DNA of 64,000 nt, taken from Vicugna vicugna (Eukaryota). Below, piece by piece: positions 50,555 through 63,963 of this stretch. The notes under the pieces were generated by a model. That model saw only the letters and a program-made list of their open reading frames with translations. It searched no databases and was not told the DNA's origin. Where the stretch lies: positions 992,001 to 1,056,000 of the forward strand of contig MU058714.1 of the NCBI GenBank assembly GCA_013265495.1, given 5' to 3'. The position numbers and the translations under genes were made by a program. The first letter of the stretch is position 1; each line of letters begins with the position of its first letter.

Positions 50555-50685
50555 ATACTTTGTCGCTGTGGGTTTGACAGTCATTTTTATTTTCTTAAAT
50601 GTTGCATTAGGTATTTTTTTACCTTGATTACTGTGTTGTTTTGGTGCCCCTTAAATTTTGGGCCTGAGGCGGGTGCACAGGTGCG
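50555..50685. mobile_element. hAT MITE fragment (MER96/MER45-like)
   Basis: aaatgttgcattaggtatttttttaccttgattactgtgttgttttggtgccccttaaattttgggcctgaggcg; family name from memory and uncertain. Confidence 0.5.
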
Positions 50686-52870
50686 GCCAGGTGCGCTGCT
50701 GCCTTTGTGACAGGCGTGCCCAGAGGAGTGGGTTTTCTGGTCACCGGGATCAGCCCAGTGGTCCGGCGGGGCCCTTTGGGCCCCCCTGCTCTCCGTCCAT
50801 GGCCCTTGGCACCTGCTTTCAGGCCCCGGCCCATGTGACATGTGGGCCGACCAGTTGGCATCAGAATCGTCCTGGGAGGCCCAGGACACGTGGCTCGTGA
50901 CTCAGAGCCTCCGCGCATGACAGGTGAGCTCTCCTCCAGGACACTCAGCCTGGGTTCCGTTTCTCCCCCCGAGAGTCCGCACAGTCACGCTGGCATGCTG
51001 AGAGGCCGCTGTGCGGTCTGGCCCGGCATCGCCTGTGCGTCCTGGGGCAGCCCTTGAGCTGCTCCGTGGTGGTGTTTGGAGTGCAAGTCCTGCTTCTGCT
51101 GGGCGGCTGGTCTCACGTGTCAGCTTCCCACTGCTTTGAGGAGCGCAGCCTCGCACGCACTCTGTCAGCTGTAGGGCAGAGGCCGGGCTCCTCTGTCTGT
51201 CTGGGCACAGAGCAGCGTGTTTGCATCCGCAGGGCAAAGCTGACTCCACCTCCCCTCCCTCCCAGACCCACGGGCTCGCTCGCTCCCTGCCCCGCTGGCC
51301 TCCCGCAGGTGCGGGCAGGGAGCCCTTCGCAGGCTTGTGTTTCCAAACCAGCTTGCAGGCAACTCACACTCACAAGCGAGGAGACCACTTTGGGGGCTGC
51401 GTTCCAGTTACAGGTCGTCCTCCAGGTCCGACTGGCTCCACGTGAGCTGACTTGGCAAGAACTTGAATCCCCAAGTGTGAGAGTTCTCTGCCGAATTCTC
51501 GTGTGAGGCTGACTTTTTGTGAGAGCGCTGTGGCTCTGAGCCCCGGGCGTCTGGAAGGCACGGCGTGAGTGCCCTGGAGTCTGGCTCCCGGGTGCGCAGA
51601 GCCCTGCCCACGGCTTATGGAGTCCGCACACGCACGTGCCTGCACCTGCCAGAACCTGCGAGTCACGGCCCGCATCCCGGCCTTCCCACCCTCCTCCCTC
51701 ACACACGGACACCCGCTCTCCCTGGGGGGAGGCAAAGACTGCGGCCAAGAGCAGTGGGCGGGGTGCAGAGATTTGGAATTCCTTCTGTTTGAGGCTCGGG
51801 GGCAGCAGGACCGACCGCGTGTTTAGGGGAAAGGACCCTGGGAGACAGAAAACTCAGTGGTCCCCCTACTTGGACTCTCAGTCCCCAGACCTCCCTCCAC
51901 CGCCCTGGGCACCCCCTTCCTGAGCCACTGCCTTTGTGGTTTCCCTGGCCCGGGTCGTCACCAGTCAGGGCCACCCCTCCTTGGCGCCAGCGTGGGCACA
52001 GACCGCCCTCCACACCCCACTGCCTGGTGGGGTAATTGGATATGCCCCACTCCCGCTCCCCTCCACCCAACTGTGGCACCCCTCCAACCTCCCGGAGACA
52101 GGAGCCACAGGCGGTGCCTCTGGGAGTCCCGCCACATCAGCCACGTCCCTGTGCCCCAATCCCGGAGGGCCACGCGCCACCCGCCTGCCTGCCGGGGCCC
52201 CCACCCAGCCCCTGCCTCCCCCGCCAGCAGCTCCTTCCTCACAAGTACGCCATGCGCTCCCACCTCTGAGAAGAAATTCCTGACCACCCCGCCACCGACC
52301 CTCCTTCCCCATCAGCCCCCTCCACGCCCCGCCTCCCCCTGCAGCCACGTTCCTTCGAAAGACTGTTCTTGCGTCTCCGAGTCGTCCTCTCTCGGGTTTT
52401 GAGCCCAGTCGGGCTGTGTGTCTGCCCACCCCCAGGGAACCCCGTTACATCCTCAGCAGTCTCTACCTCCCCCGCAGGTCTCGTCCTTGGGTCCCCGCCA
52501 CCTCGGCTCCTCACCACTGGGGCACAGGGCTCGGCCCAGGGTCACTTCTCGTTCTCACCTACCTTCCAGCTGGATCTGTGTCTCAGCCCAGACCTGCCCC
52601 CGAACCGTGGGCTCGTGTAGTGGCCCCCACGTCCTCACGCGCATCCAGCAGGCCCTGAACTCAGGCGTCCAGGCTGAATTCCCCGCGTGCTCCCCCACAG
52701 TCTTCCCACCTCAGTTCACGGGACCGGCTTCCCCATCCACCGCGTCTGGCGCCCACATGGCCTGCCTCTCACCTCCTCTGCCACGCTGCCCCGAGTGGGT
52801 GGCGGGCGGGAGTGCAGGGCCGGGCCGCGGAAGGAGCCGGGGCCCGACTAACGCTCTGCTCCTCCCACAG

Positions 52871-52972
52871 CACAGCCCCTTCTTTGCTGAGCAGCTGACC
52901 GCCTTCCAGGTGTGGCTCACGATGGGCGTGGAGAACAGGAACCCACCTGAGCAGCTTCCCATCGTTTTACAG
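52871..52972 (+). CDS. RPTOR: Raptor coding exon (exon 11 equivalent, 102 nt): [34 protein letters not shown]
   Basis: Acceptor cctcccacag|CAC, donor CAG|gtgagt; peptide embedded in ORF 52418-53194. Confidence 0.98.
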
Positions 52973-55900
52973 GTGAGTTTCTTCAGGTCGGCCAGCTCGG
53001 GGCCTCCCGGGGCCTCGTCCACCCCAGCCGTGTGTGCGGCTCCCTCCAGAAGCCTTTGGTGCGGAAGCATCCTTGCCTTGCTGGGGCTCCCCTGGCCGAG
53101 TCACCGAGGCTCCTTCTCTGCCCTCCATGAAGCACTGATTTGGGGTGTGGTCGGGGCCCCGCCTCCCCCCATTGCTGCTCCAGCGAGCTCCTAGCCAGCG
53201 TGGCTCCAGGCACCGTTGCCCCTTCTCTTTGGGAGGACGAGACGTGCAAATCGACCCCCGGGGGAAGGGGAGAGGCTGAGCAAGTTATAAACAGGCGGTC
53301 GTGGGCACCACACCCGGCACCCGTGGGTTATTGACGAACCGGCCCGGCCGCCGTCACCTCCGCACTTCCCGGGAGGCTGTGCCCCGTGGTGCTGTGCGTC
53401 GCTGCCCACGGAGTCCCCCCCTTTCTCATTAATTCCGTTAGTGTGCCAGAACCTGGGCCCTGTTATCCGTGAAATACCCCCAGTGCCTCGGGGAGTCAGG
53501 AGAGAACGTTCATCGGGGACGTCGCGGCCCTCCAGTCCCCGGTCCTCTGTCCACTGCCGGGGCGGGCGCTCCCACCCAGAAGCTCAGGCTGAGGCCACCA
53601 GGGCTAGTGGCTGCTCCGCTCAGGCCCCAGCCCCTCGTGCAGCTGTACACCTCGAAGTACGCCTTTGCTCACCAGCCCTGGTGGCCTTTTTCACCTTTTA
53701 AAAATACAAGTCGACAGAAGGTGTAGGAAGGAGGGTTCTCGAGGCCCGCAGCACTGCCGGGCCGCGTGGCCTCCTGGCCTGGTGGCCCTGCCTGCGCTCG
53801 ATGAGGCTGTCCGCACTCCACGGGGCCCGGGGGCCCAGGGGCCCAGAAGCCTCAGGCGGAGCAGGAAGCACCGGAGGGAAGGCGAGACCTTCCAGGGGCC
53901 CTGCAGCTCAGGGTGGGTGTTTCATCAGGAAGCCCTGTTTGCTTTCACGGCGCCATTTCATTTACAGACCGAATTCTTGGTATGAAAGTACAGGGCTGTG
54001 AGGGAGTGGCAGCCGGATGGCAACTGGGTGTTGCCGTGACACACATTAGTGCATCGCTGGCTCCAGAACCTCTGATCCCGGGCCCCCAGGCGCTGGCCCG
54101 TCGCGTCCCCCACACCGGGCAGGGCTTGCGAGGCTGTTTTCAGGAAGCAGCTCTGCCCGGCGCTCTCAGCCCAGAGACCCGCACGCGGCCCTGAGCATGA
54201 GGCAAATGGAAGGTGGCTCCCCGGCAGCTCGGTGTTGGTCTGGGTGTTCGTGTCATCACGATTAATCTTCAGTTTGTGACAGACAGAGGAAACCCAGTCC
54301 CTCACTGAGCTCGCCACGCTGATCTCTGGGACTTCCCCAGGGCCAGGTGCACCAAAACAGGGATTTAAGTACAAACACAAGCAAAATTAATTTTGTATCG
54401 GGCTTCAGCCTTTTAACAACGTAAATCAGCAGAAGGAGTTGGAAGGAAGACGTCCCGTTTAGGAACCAACACCAGGCGTTCAACCAGGGCTCCCTGCCGC
54501 TGCTCAGTCCCCGCCGCACGAAGCCCGGCGTCGCCGAGCGTCTCCGGATGCCGCGTCTCTGGCGCGGGGGCTGCCCCCCCATGCTTCCCGGGCGTCTCAC
54601 CAGCGCGGCGGGGGCAGGGACATGGCCTGGTTTCCCCTTCTACTTCTGCTGTCGTAAACAAGACCCCGGAGGGACGCCCGTCACTGCTGGGCGGTGCACG
54701 CGGAGAGCAGGTGATACAGACGCCGCGCTGTTCGGTTTCTCGGCCCCGTGGCCTTCTCTTCCACTGCAGATGGCTCTACTATTTCCTTGAAAAACTGAGT
54801 TTTATTCCCGTGGCAGCGTTTTAAACAACAAAGCGACTGAGAGAAAACAGAACCTTTGCCAGCGCTAGATGTGTTTGATTTTTGACGAATTACACCTCCT
54901 TTCACAGCCCGAGACTCAGCTCATCCTGGCCCGTCTAGAAACTTGAACCTCTGGCAGCTCCGTTTTCTTTAAGGACGAATATAGCCAATGCAGTCACCTC
55001 TGAGCGATGGAGACACCCGTGGCTGGGTGCTGGGATGGCGGCGGGGACGTTCACAGGCCTCACGCCTGCCAGCACTGTGCCCGCTGCGTCCGCTTTCACT
55101 CTGAAAACAAGCCGCGTGTCACCATCTCTGCCCTGTGGATGAGAACCCCGAAGTTCCCTGGGGGTGTGATTGGAGCCACACTGGCAGGAAGTGAGCCGGT
55201 CGGGCCACTTGCCCCCAAAGCTCGCACTTTCCCGCTGTCTGACCTGCCTTCCCGACCGCGGGGCCCGTGATAGCCCTGGGCTAAGCAGGAGAGGATCAGG
55301 TCAGGTCAGACGCCCCGTGAACAGCCCCCAGCCACCTCCCAGCTCCTTAGTCAGAGACCCCCAGCATCTCCAAACACAAAGCATGCCCCCTGGCGTCCCC
55401 CTCGCAGCCGTGGCAGGGACACAGGCCCCCAGCCAGTGGGAGACAGCTCACCCTCCGGTGGCTGCAGCCGGCCTCCCGCTCCCAACCGTGGGCGGCCCAC
55501 CAGCCAGAGATGCCTGCTTGGCTCCTCTGCAGTCACAGGCTGCTCGCCCCCGGGGAGCCCCCCAGCCTCCCTCTGGAGACCCCTCCCCTCCTTCTGCTCC
55601 CTCCAGCCTCTCTCGCTGCCTCTCTGTCCCCCATCTGGTGACTCCCCCCTGCAACGAGCTCCCACCAGCCCGCGTTCGCCCCTCACTGCTGCTCTGTCTG
55701 TGCCATCTCCGCTCTCCCGCCAGGCCCGCTCCCCCGGGGTCCACGTCCCCGTGGCCCGAGTTCCTCTTCTCACACCTCCGGCTGCCGACACCTCCCAGGG
55801 GCAGGCACACAGCTAAAACTCACCCTTCCCCTGTCCTGCCTCCAGCCCCTCCCTCCACCCCTCTGCCCAGCTTCCCCCTCTCACCCGCCCCGTGCCGGCC

Positions 55901-56609
55901 GGCATGTCCGTTGCTCCTTCCCTCTCGCCTCCTTCCCAGCCTTGTTCCCCGCGTCTCCTTTCCCTGACTCCACCCTCCGGTCGGTTGTGCCTGCTGGCTG
56001 TCTTGGAATGTCTTTCTCCCCATCGGTCATGGCGGCAGCCGGGTCCCCTGGCCTCCTGCCATCCTGTCCCACGGCAGGCATGCTGGACAGCTCACCTGCG
56101 GCTTGTCTTAGGAAAGACTGACGCTCTTAGCTTGGTGTGCAGGCCTGGCTGGTTCTGGAGCCGCCCCCATCAGACTGGCCACCTGCCCTTCCTCGGACAG
56201 CCCCAGCTTTCCCAGCCCCTCTGCCTGGGACCCGGGGACCCCCACGGCGCCCACTGGGAGGGAGAGCCTTCAGACCCCCAGAGTAGGGGCGGCCCAGGCT
56301 GTGTGTCTGCTGTCACAGTGGTTACTGCAGTGCGGCCGTGTGACCCCTGCTCTGCAGCGCTGGGTGTCGTGCCAGGAGTGGGCCTGCTGGTCCCAGTGGC
56401 CCCAGCACCCAGCCCGGCGGCCGCACACGGTAAGTGCCCCACGCCCTTGGGACGACTGGGAATCGCGGCGTGTGCGTTCACCCCGGGGACTGGTGCACGT
56501 ACACACCATGGGGAAGAGCCAGTAAGGTGACTCCATGAGAGCTGAGAACTGATACAACACAGGAGAAAAGAGGGAAGTGCGCGGCGGAGGTGGCTGGTGT
56601 TAATCTACA

Positions 56610-57170
56610 AAGAATTCTTTCATGTCAGTAAGAACAAGCCAGATGCTTAGGGAGGAGAGAAGGGCACGCGCACCAGTTTACTCGAGAAACAGCCAATTAA
56701 CCTATGAGGAAATACTCAGCCTCACTTGTAATCAAAGAAATTCAGATTTAAAGGGCATTCTATTATTATCCATCGTGTAAGCAAGTAATAGTGTAATATG
56801 GACGAGTGTTTCCTGGGAGCTTTTAGTCTGACATTTAATGGAACCCGTGTAGGTGAGTCCTGTGTTACGTATGAATTAAGAGATTAAGGTTCTGAGAAGT
56901 TTTTGCCCAAGGCCACCCAGCTCGTGGCACCGGCGCGGACGCGACGCTGCTTGGCGGTCAGCCTGGCGATACAAGTGTGTGTGCTCTGACCCTGTGACTT
57001 GACTTCACAGGTTTGTCCTGAGGGGAGCCACATAAATGTGCAGATACACCCGTTAGGGTGTTTATCGTAGTGCTGTTTATAACAGCAGAAATTTGACAAC
57101 AACTTAAATATCTGGCAGCGGGGAGACTAAGTGAATTGCGCACGTTCACAGCCATGAAGCTCGGCGCTGC
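56610..57170 (+). mobile_element. Very old L1ME-like fragments with a possible MIR piece (~56870-56925)
   Basis: gaaatactcagcctcacttgtaatcaaagaaattcagattta; gtgtttatcgtagtgctgtttataacagcagaaa; ttgcccaaggccacccagct. Confidence 0.45.
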
Positions 57171-57491
57171 CGTCGGCAGTGTGCCGGTCAGGCGTGTCCA
57201 GGGGTGTGGGGGAGAGTCGCTGTGTCTCTTGCAGTCAGCGAGGGGGCGAGAGGCGCAGCGGTGCACCCGCGAGCACGGAGTAGCGGGGAGGCGCGCACAC
57301 GGAGAGCCGCGTCTGGAGGTCGGTGTCCTGTGTCGTCAGCGAGCTCTTCCTTAAACACGCTGAGAAGCGTCTGTCCTGCTTTCTCCAGGCGCCCCTCCTG
57401 CGGGGAAGGGGGCGTTTCCCCAGCCTGTCTGCAGAGAGCCGTGCCCGCGCGAAGAGCAGCGCCCGCGCTCACGCCGCCCCTCTCGTTTCAG

Positions 57492-57575
57492 GTGCTGCTG
57501 AGCCAGGTGCACCGGCTGAGGGCCCTGGACTTGCTGGGGAGGTTCCTGGACCTGGGTCCCTGGGCGGTGAGCCTG
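57492..57575 (+). CDS. RPTOR: Raptor coding exon (exon 12 equivalent, 84 nt): [28 protein letters not shown]
   Basis: Acceptor tctcgtttcag|GTG, donor CTG|gtgcgt; peptide embedded in ORF 57204-57776. Confidence 0.97.
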
Positions 57576-59369
57576 GTGCGTGCTTCCTGCTGGGGGGCGG
57601 GGGGGCCCACCGGACCCACGTTACCGTCACGGAGTCCAGGGGCCTTGGCCGTGTGGCCGAGGGCGGCCATGGGGGTGACCGGTGAGCCCGCAGGCCCCCC
57701 ATGGGCCACACCCTGTGCGCCTTCCTTGTCGCCGTCGGGGGCCCCTTTTCCGTCTGCTGTGAGGCTTCGCCTTTGAGGATGGAAAGGGTCCTTGATGGAC
57801 GCTTGTCAGGGAGGGGCTGGCCCGGCCACACGTGGCTCGTGTTCTCTCAGGACAGTCACCCAGATTTTAGGCACAATTCTGAAACGCTTTTCTATCATTC
57901 ATTCTACGAAAGAGTGGAAACGGCCATTTAAAACAAAACACCGACAAAAATAGAGCCCAGGGGTCCACTTAGTGAACACGAGGGAAAGAGGTGCTGAGAG
58001 GGGCCTGGAGGCCGGGGCAGAGCCGGGAGCCCCCACACCAGCTGCAGCGTTTGCACCGTATTTGGCTCTGTTTGCAAATCAAAGTGTGAAAGCTAAAATC
58101 GGGCAATTAACCTTCATGAAGCAGTTAGAAGTTTTACATGAACTATTTTATGTTATTAAAGAATAATTGTCCGTTTTTTCACGTGTGGTAGTGGTATGTG
58201 GTCATGTTTTCGTAAACGTGGCCTTGTTTTTTAGAGATGAACACTGTTTACCGAAGAAATCACGAGGGCATGCGAGGGGCCAGTGGGCCGGGCCAGTCAG
58301 GATGCCGGGCCGCTGGGTGACGGTGGCGCTGGGCGCTGGGCACACGGGAGGTCTCGGGCCACTTCAGCTCCATTTGTGTGCACTTGAGCTGTTTCGTGAT
58401 GTACTGTCGACCAAGAGTGGTTGTTGTAGCTCAGCACTGAAGGAGAAGAGGGTAGACTGAGAAGCAGGAAGAACCTTTCCGCGCCCAGCGCCAGCCCGGT
58501 ACCCCGAGGGGCCTGAGCACGAAGAGCGCGTGGCAGGTGCGCGCAGTGGAGGCCCAGGCGTCCCCTAACCTCGTGGCCGGCCAGGACCCGTGCACCTGCT
58601 GCCGCTGCACCGCTGCGGAAGGGCCTCGGCCGCCTCGCTCGTGCTCCTTCAGAGGCGGGGAAACGTGCATTAGTGACGTTTCAGAGGGAGCCTCGTTTAT
58701 ATGGTCAACTTTTTCAAGCTAATTTTGGCCCTTTAAAGAGTTAAGCTTGTGTTAGTTGGAAATTGTGCCCATGTGCGAACAGGTGCCAGGTAATGAGGTG
58801 TTGTGACAGGTACAGGTTAGGCCCCTAGGTGAGGGCCTGACCACGAGAAACCGACGTTTGCCCCTCGTTAACAAGCAGGGACCCAGGCCTGCCGTGGGCC
58901 ACTGGGCTGGGCACCACCCCCTAGCTGTCCTGAAAGGGGGTGCCTTGGGGTGTCATTAGAATTCCGAGAAGTTTCAGAGGTGGGCAGAGCAGAGCCAAGG
59001 TGACTGACGTAATGAGCTTCGCCCGGTTTCCTGCTCAGAGACACCCGCTCCCCCCTTACTTCCAGCCCCTCTGACCATCTGCCTCCAGGGCGACCGGTAG
59101 GCAAGAGATGGAGGCCCAGACAGGGTCCCCGTGTGGCGATCACCCTTCAGGGGCCTGGGGTTTGGTGCTGAGAGCAGACAGGACCCCCGAGGGCAGGGAC
59201 GGTGGGTCCCAGGAGCCACAGGTCCCCATGGGCAAAGCCACCCTAGACCAGCTGCAGGTTGCGGATCAGGCAGGCCCCCGGGAAGGGCCGGGGTGAGGCG
59301 GGCACCGTCCCTGGGCGACCAGGGCGCCGTGCCCTGCCCCCGCCGAGGCTCACGCTCCCCCTCCCACAG

Positions 59370-59480
59370 GCCTTGTCTGTGGGCATCTTCCCCTACGTGC
59401 TGAAGCTGCTCCAGAGCTCGGCCCGGGAGCTGCGGCCCCTCCTCGTCTTCATCTGGGCCAAGATCCTCGCCGTGGACAGC
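59370..59480 (+). CDS. RPTOR: Raptor coding exon (exon 13 equivalent, 111 nt): [37 protein letters not shown]
   Basis: Acceptor ctcccacag|GCC, donor AGC|gtgagt; peptide embedded in ORF 59259-59732. Confidence 0.98.
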
Positions 59481-61549
59481 GTGAGTACCACTGTCCTCCC
59501 CGGCCTCCGCCTTCCACCACCTCCCTCCCGGGAGGGGGCCCAGCCCTGGTCTGTCCCCCCAGCCCTCCACTCACCTGTTGTCTCTGGTGTGCTGCCCCCT
59601 CCTGCCCACAGCCACCCTCCAGTCAGCAATGACCACCCGCTTCCTTGTGGAGGTGGCCTGGGGGCGGGAGGGGCAGCGGTACGGGGCCGGGTGGGTGTGA
59701 GCTTGAGCCTGTGTGGAGGGCTGGCTGTGTAGGTGACAGAGGGGCAGGCGGCCACAGTGGGGGAGACCCAGCGATGAAGCCTCGTGCGTGGTCCGGGCGA
59801 TGAAGACAGGCCCGTCCACCCGGCGATGAGACAGTGAGTCCTCGAGGGGCCCGTGGACACGAAGGCTCGGGGAGAAGAGAGGGTGGACGGGGATTGTCAA
59901 GGGGAGGCTGGGGCGTTGGGTTACAGGACACGAAGAAGGAGGCTCTGGGTTGAGGGTGCGCACAGGGAGCAGGGACACAGGCCCCGAGAGTGGCTGCGCA
60001 CCGGCATTCCGGCCTCAGAGCCCTAGTGCGACACAGAGAGGGGGCCGGGGGCCTGCCGAGGGTCTGCAGGGGGAAGGGCAGCGCCCATGGGTGGGTCTGC
60101 TGCTTGTGACGGAACAGTGACCTGGACGGTCTCTAGTTGGAGACGAGAACCGAGCTTCGGGTGGGACCTCGAGCCGCCCACTGGGTGCCCACGTGAGTGT
60201 GGGTGTCGCCCAGGGCCAAGGGCTTTGCTGTGAAGAATCTCGATTCTCACATCAGCTCCAGGCTGTCAGTGTGACCTCGCACGTTATTTGCGGATAAGAA
60301 AATGGTCATTTAAGGAGCTGCCCAGGATCCTGTAGCAAATCTGTCATGCAAGCGCCGTGATCTGCGTGGTGCCCTTTCCACCCACGGGAGGGGGGTCCAG
60401 CAGAGCCGCAGAGCAGGGGGCAGGAGGCGGGGCATCACCGTGCAGAGTGGAGGCCGGTCCCGGCTCCGCAGGAGGAGGGGGTGGGGGCCTCGGCTCAGTG
60501 TGTCGGCCCCTCCTCCGTCCAGGCCCCTGCGCCACTGCCACCACCCACTGCCCGGGACTCTGTGCCGCTCACACCCTCGGGCTCCCACGCCAGCACTGCT
60601 GGCCCGGAGGTGACAGACCCCACTATGCTCACACACCGGTCCTGCATGCGGCTGCCTCGAAACCGCCAGAGGCCCTGGCCCGTGTGAGCCCCCGCTGCGG
60701 GGGGCCCCGAGGGGCCCCGAGCCCTCGGTCCTGCAGCGCGTCTGTCACACCTGCTCTTGGGGTGTCTCGGGCCCGTGCTCACCGTCTGCTCTGTGCTGGG
60801 TCCCACGTTTAATGACGCTGGAGGAGCTGAGGAAGTGCCCTCGCCGTCAGCGCTCTGTAAGCGCCACGGGTGCCGGGGCCGCCCTGCGAGCTGGCCGCTT
60901 ACCCAGCTCGTGGCGCCTGTTGTCTGAAGGCAGTCACCCCACTGCGAGGCGGCTCCATGTTCCGGCTGAGACTGAATGTTGTACGTCTTCCTTCCCTCCC
61001 TCCGCCACCCTGGCCGAGTCCCCACGAGACTGAATTCGGGGTGTTTCTCAGGAGTTGTTCTGGCCCTGCGTCCTCACGTGGAGCCCCTCGCTCCCGGAGG
61101 GGTCCTCGACGTGGCCTCCCTGAGGGCCGGGGGCACAGTGAGGCGCTCCAGCGCCCCAGCACTCCACGTCCCCTGCCAGGGAGCTGCCCACCTCCCGGGG
61201 CTTCCCAGGGCTGGGAGGGCGGGGCCGCCAAGGCTGCAGTCCCAGCCGAGGCCATCACGGGAGGGGCTCCTGGGATGCAGGGGACGGGAAGGACTTCAGC
61301 CTTGGGGAGGGTGGCATTCAGGAAAGGGCGGCAGGCCCGGGGGACCGTGCGCCACTTGAGGGGTGACATGTGCTGTGGGGGCCCTGATGTGCTGAGAAAG
61401 TGCCTCGGGACAGCACCTTCGGCGAGCCCTTTCCTGACGCCTCGGGGCCCCCGTCTTGTCCGCGGAGCCGGGTCCCGGAGGGTCTCCCCCCGCATCCCCC
61501 GCGCCCCACGTTGCTGTACTCTCACTGCCACCAGCAGCAGTGACCGGGC

Positions 61550-62965
61550 ACGTGAAGAAGCAGGGAAACATGGTCCATCATGAGGAGAAAGAAGTCAGCC
61601 CCCCAGAACCTCTCCTGGACTGTCACAGACGGTAGAATGATCAGACAGGGACGTTGGAACAGTCATGAGAAGTCTGTTCCACGTGAAAAGCTACACTGAG
61701 ACGTGGAAGGTGCTAAAAGGACCCAGCTCAGAGTTCTGGAGATGAAGACTGCAGGCGTGGCTGGGAACGTGTGCTGGGTGGGATGAGCAACCAGCTGAGC
61801 TTTGCAGAAGGAAAATCAGTGAACTTAAAGACACAGGAATAAAAACTCTCCAAAAAGAAGCGCAGTGAGCAGAGGCCCCTCTGTGCAACGAAGGGAGCGC
61901 CTCCGAGTCGTGGGGCGGCTGCCAATGACCTGCCACATGTATTTGGAGCCCCAGAGGGGGCTGGCGGAGGAAACATTTGAAGGAATAATGGCTAAGAGAG
62001 CCTCAAGTTTGATGAAAAGTATAAACCCGCAGACCTGGGAAGCCCACAAGCCCAAGCACGAGGAGCGGAGAAGGCGGCACCAGGGCGCCTGCTCGTCAAG
62101 GCGCTAAAAGACGACATGGATCCAGGGGCTCAAAAGCAGCCAGCAAGCGCAGACACAGAGAAGCCAAGTCAGGGCGACAGCGGGCGCCTGTCGGGCGCAG
62201 TAATGGCCCCGGGACAGCGGGCTGCGTCCTCAGTGTCCCGCAAATCCGTACCCGGGGCAGATAACTGGAAAACGCAGGACTGCAGCCTGACTTCAGTAAT
62301 CACAGTGTGAATGGTCTAGGTGCCCAGTTAGACGGCAGAGATTGTCAGGCTGGGTTTAAAAGAAAAAAGAACCAACCAAAAGAGCCTAAGAGAAACGCAC
62401 TTTGCATAGAAGGCACGAATAGATTAGACGTGAAGCTACATCGTGTGACCACTGGGTAGATGAAGGCTGAGTGCCCCTGTTAACACGGCCGGCAGTCGTC
62501 AGCCCGAGGGTGTCACCGGGTAACGTGTCGTCTCCTGAGGCCAAAGGAGTCCCCTCGTTTGGGGATGTGGTCGTGGTGTTCGCTCACCCCGTACCAGCAT
62601 TTGAACACACAGAAGCCGGAAACCGGGGGAGCTGCAGGGGAGGGGGAGGAGCCATCACTCCTCCCTTCTCAGTACGTGGCAGGACCCGTCGGAGCCAACC
62701 CGGGAACGTTCCCTGGAGCACGTGTCCAGCTGGGCCGTGTCTGGCTTTTGCAGCAGCTCCGCACAGCTGCGCACCGTGCACCCTCTCCACGCCCCAGGGA
62801 CACACCACAGCAGACCACAGAGCAAACCGCAGCGCGTCTGAGAGCCGTGGGATCGCACACGGTGAATTCTACAACCACAGTGGAAGCAAACGCAGAACCA
62901 GAGTAGGTAACAGGAAAATCCCCAAACGCGTGGAAACTAAACTGCACTCTTTCAACGGTTAAGAT
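61550..62965 (+). mobile_element. Old L1 remnant: ORF1 plus ORF2 endonuclease region
   Basis: ORF1-like EETFEGIMAKRASSLMKSINPQTWEA; EN start cttcagtaatcacagtgtgaatggtct...aagagaaacgcacttt; EN end ggaaaatccccaaacgcgtggaaactaaac. Confidence 0.75.
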
Positions 62966-62980
62966 GCTTTTCAATCTTAC

Positions 62981-63215
62981 GGTTACTCGGGGGACGGGGT
63001 GGGAAGGGGCAAATTGAGAGTTTGAGATTTGCAGACACTAACTACTGTGCATAAAACAGATAAACAAGGACCTGCCTTGTAGCACAGGGAACTGTATTCA
63101 GTATCTTGTAGTGACCTACAATGAAAAAGGAGGTGAAAACAAGCATGTGTGTGACTGAAGCATGATGCCGTACACCAGAGAATGACACCTTATGAACTGA
63201 CTGTACTTCAATTTA
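62981..63215 (+). mobile_element. Younger L1 3'-end fragment (camelid-type 3'UTR)
   Basis: gggaaggggcaaattgagagtttgagatttgcagacactaactac...gtagcacagggaactgtattcagtatcttgtag...aactgactgtacttcaattt. Confidence 0.8.
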
Positions 63216-63361
63216 AATTTTTTTAATTATAAAATAAAAATTTAAGTAATGTAAACATGTAAATTAAAATATGTAATAAAATATAAATGTGAAGTTGTAT
63301 AAGCAACATAAATATTTACATAAACTCACGTTTATTTATAGTTATAAAAATTTATATATAA

Positions 63362-63963
63362 AATGAGTAAGTGGGACTACATCAAACTGAAATCTTCACG
63401 ACGAAGGAAACAATCAACAAAATGAAAAAACAGCCTTCAGAGCGGGAGGTCCGAGTGCGGGAAAACGTGTGCAGCCCATCTGCTGACACGGGATTAATAC
63501 CAAAGTACGCTGCAAGGAACTCGGACAACTCAGTAGCAAAAAACAAAACAAAACAAAACAAAACTGAATTAAAAACGGTCAGAGGACCTGAGCAGGCGTT
63601 CTCCCAATGAAGACATGCAGACGGCCCAAGGGCGCACGAGAAGGTGCTCAGCATCACTCGCCATCAGAAACGCAGTCAAGCCGCGGTGAGACATCATCAA
63701 ACAGACGCGTTCACAGGTCCCAAGGCGGCCCTCGTGTGCTGTTGGTGGGGATGTAAGTCGGTGCAGCCACTGTGGAAACACCATGGCAGCTCCTCAGAAA
63801 TTTAAAAACAGAACCACCACACAGTCCAGCAACCTCACTAATGGGTGCCGATCCGAAGGAAACAGTGCCCGTGTCTCAGGGAGGTACCTCGCTCCCAGGT
63901 CCGCTGCAGCGTTGTTCTCAACAGCCAAGATGTGTGTGGAAGCCAGCTCTGCGTCCATCAGCG

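Noticed and set aside
52871-52875. Alternative acceptor CAG|CACAG at exon 11
   Set aside because: A 5-nt shift causes a frameshift and likely NMD, the proximal AG has a good pyrimidine tract, and the codons are fixed by His-Ser.
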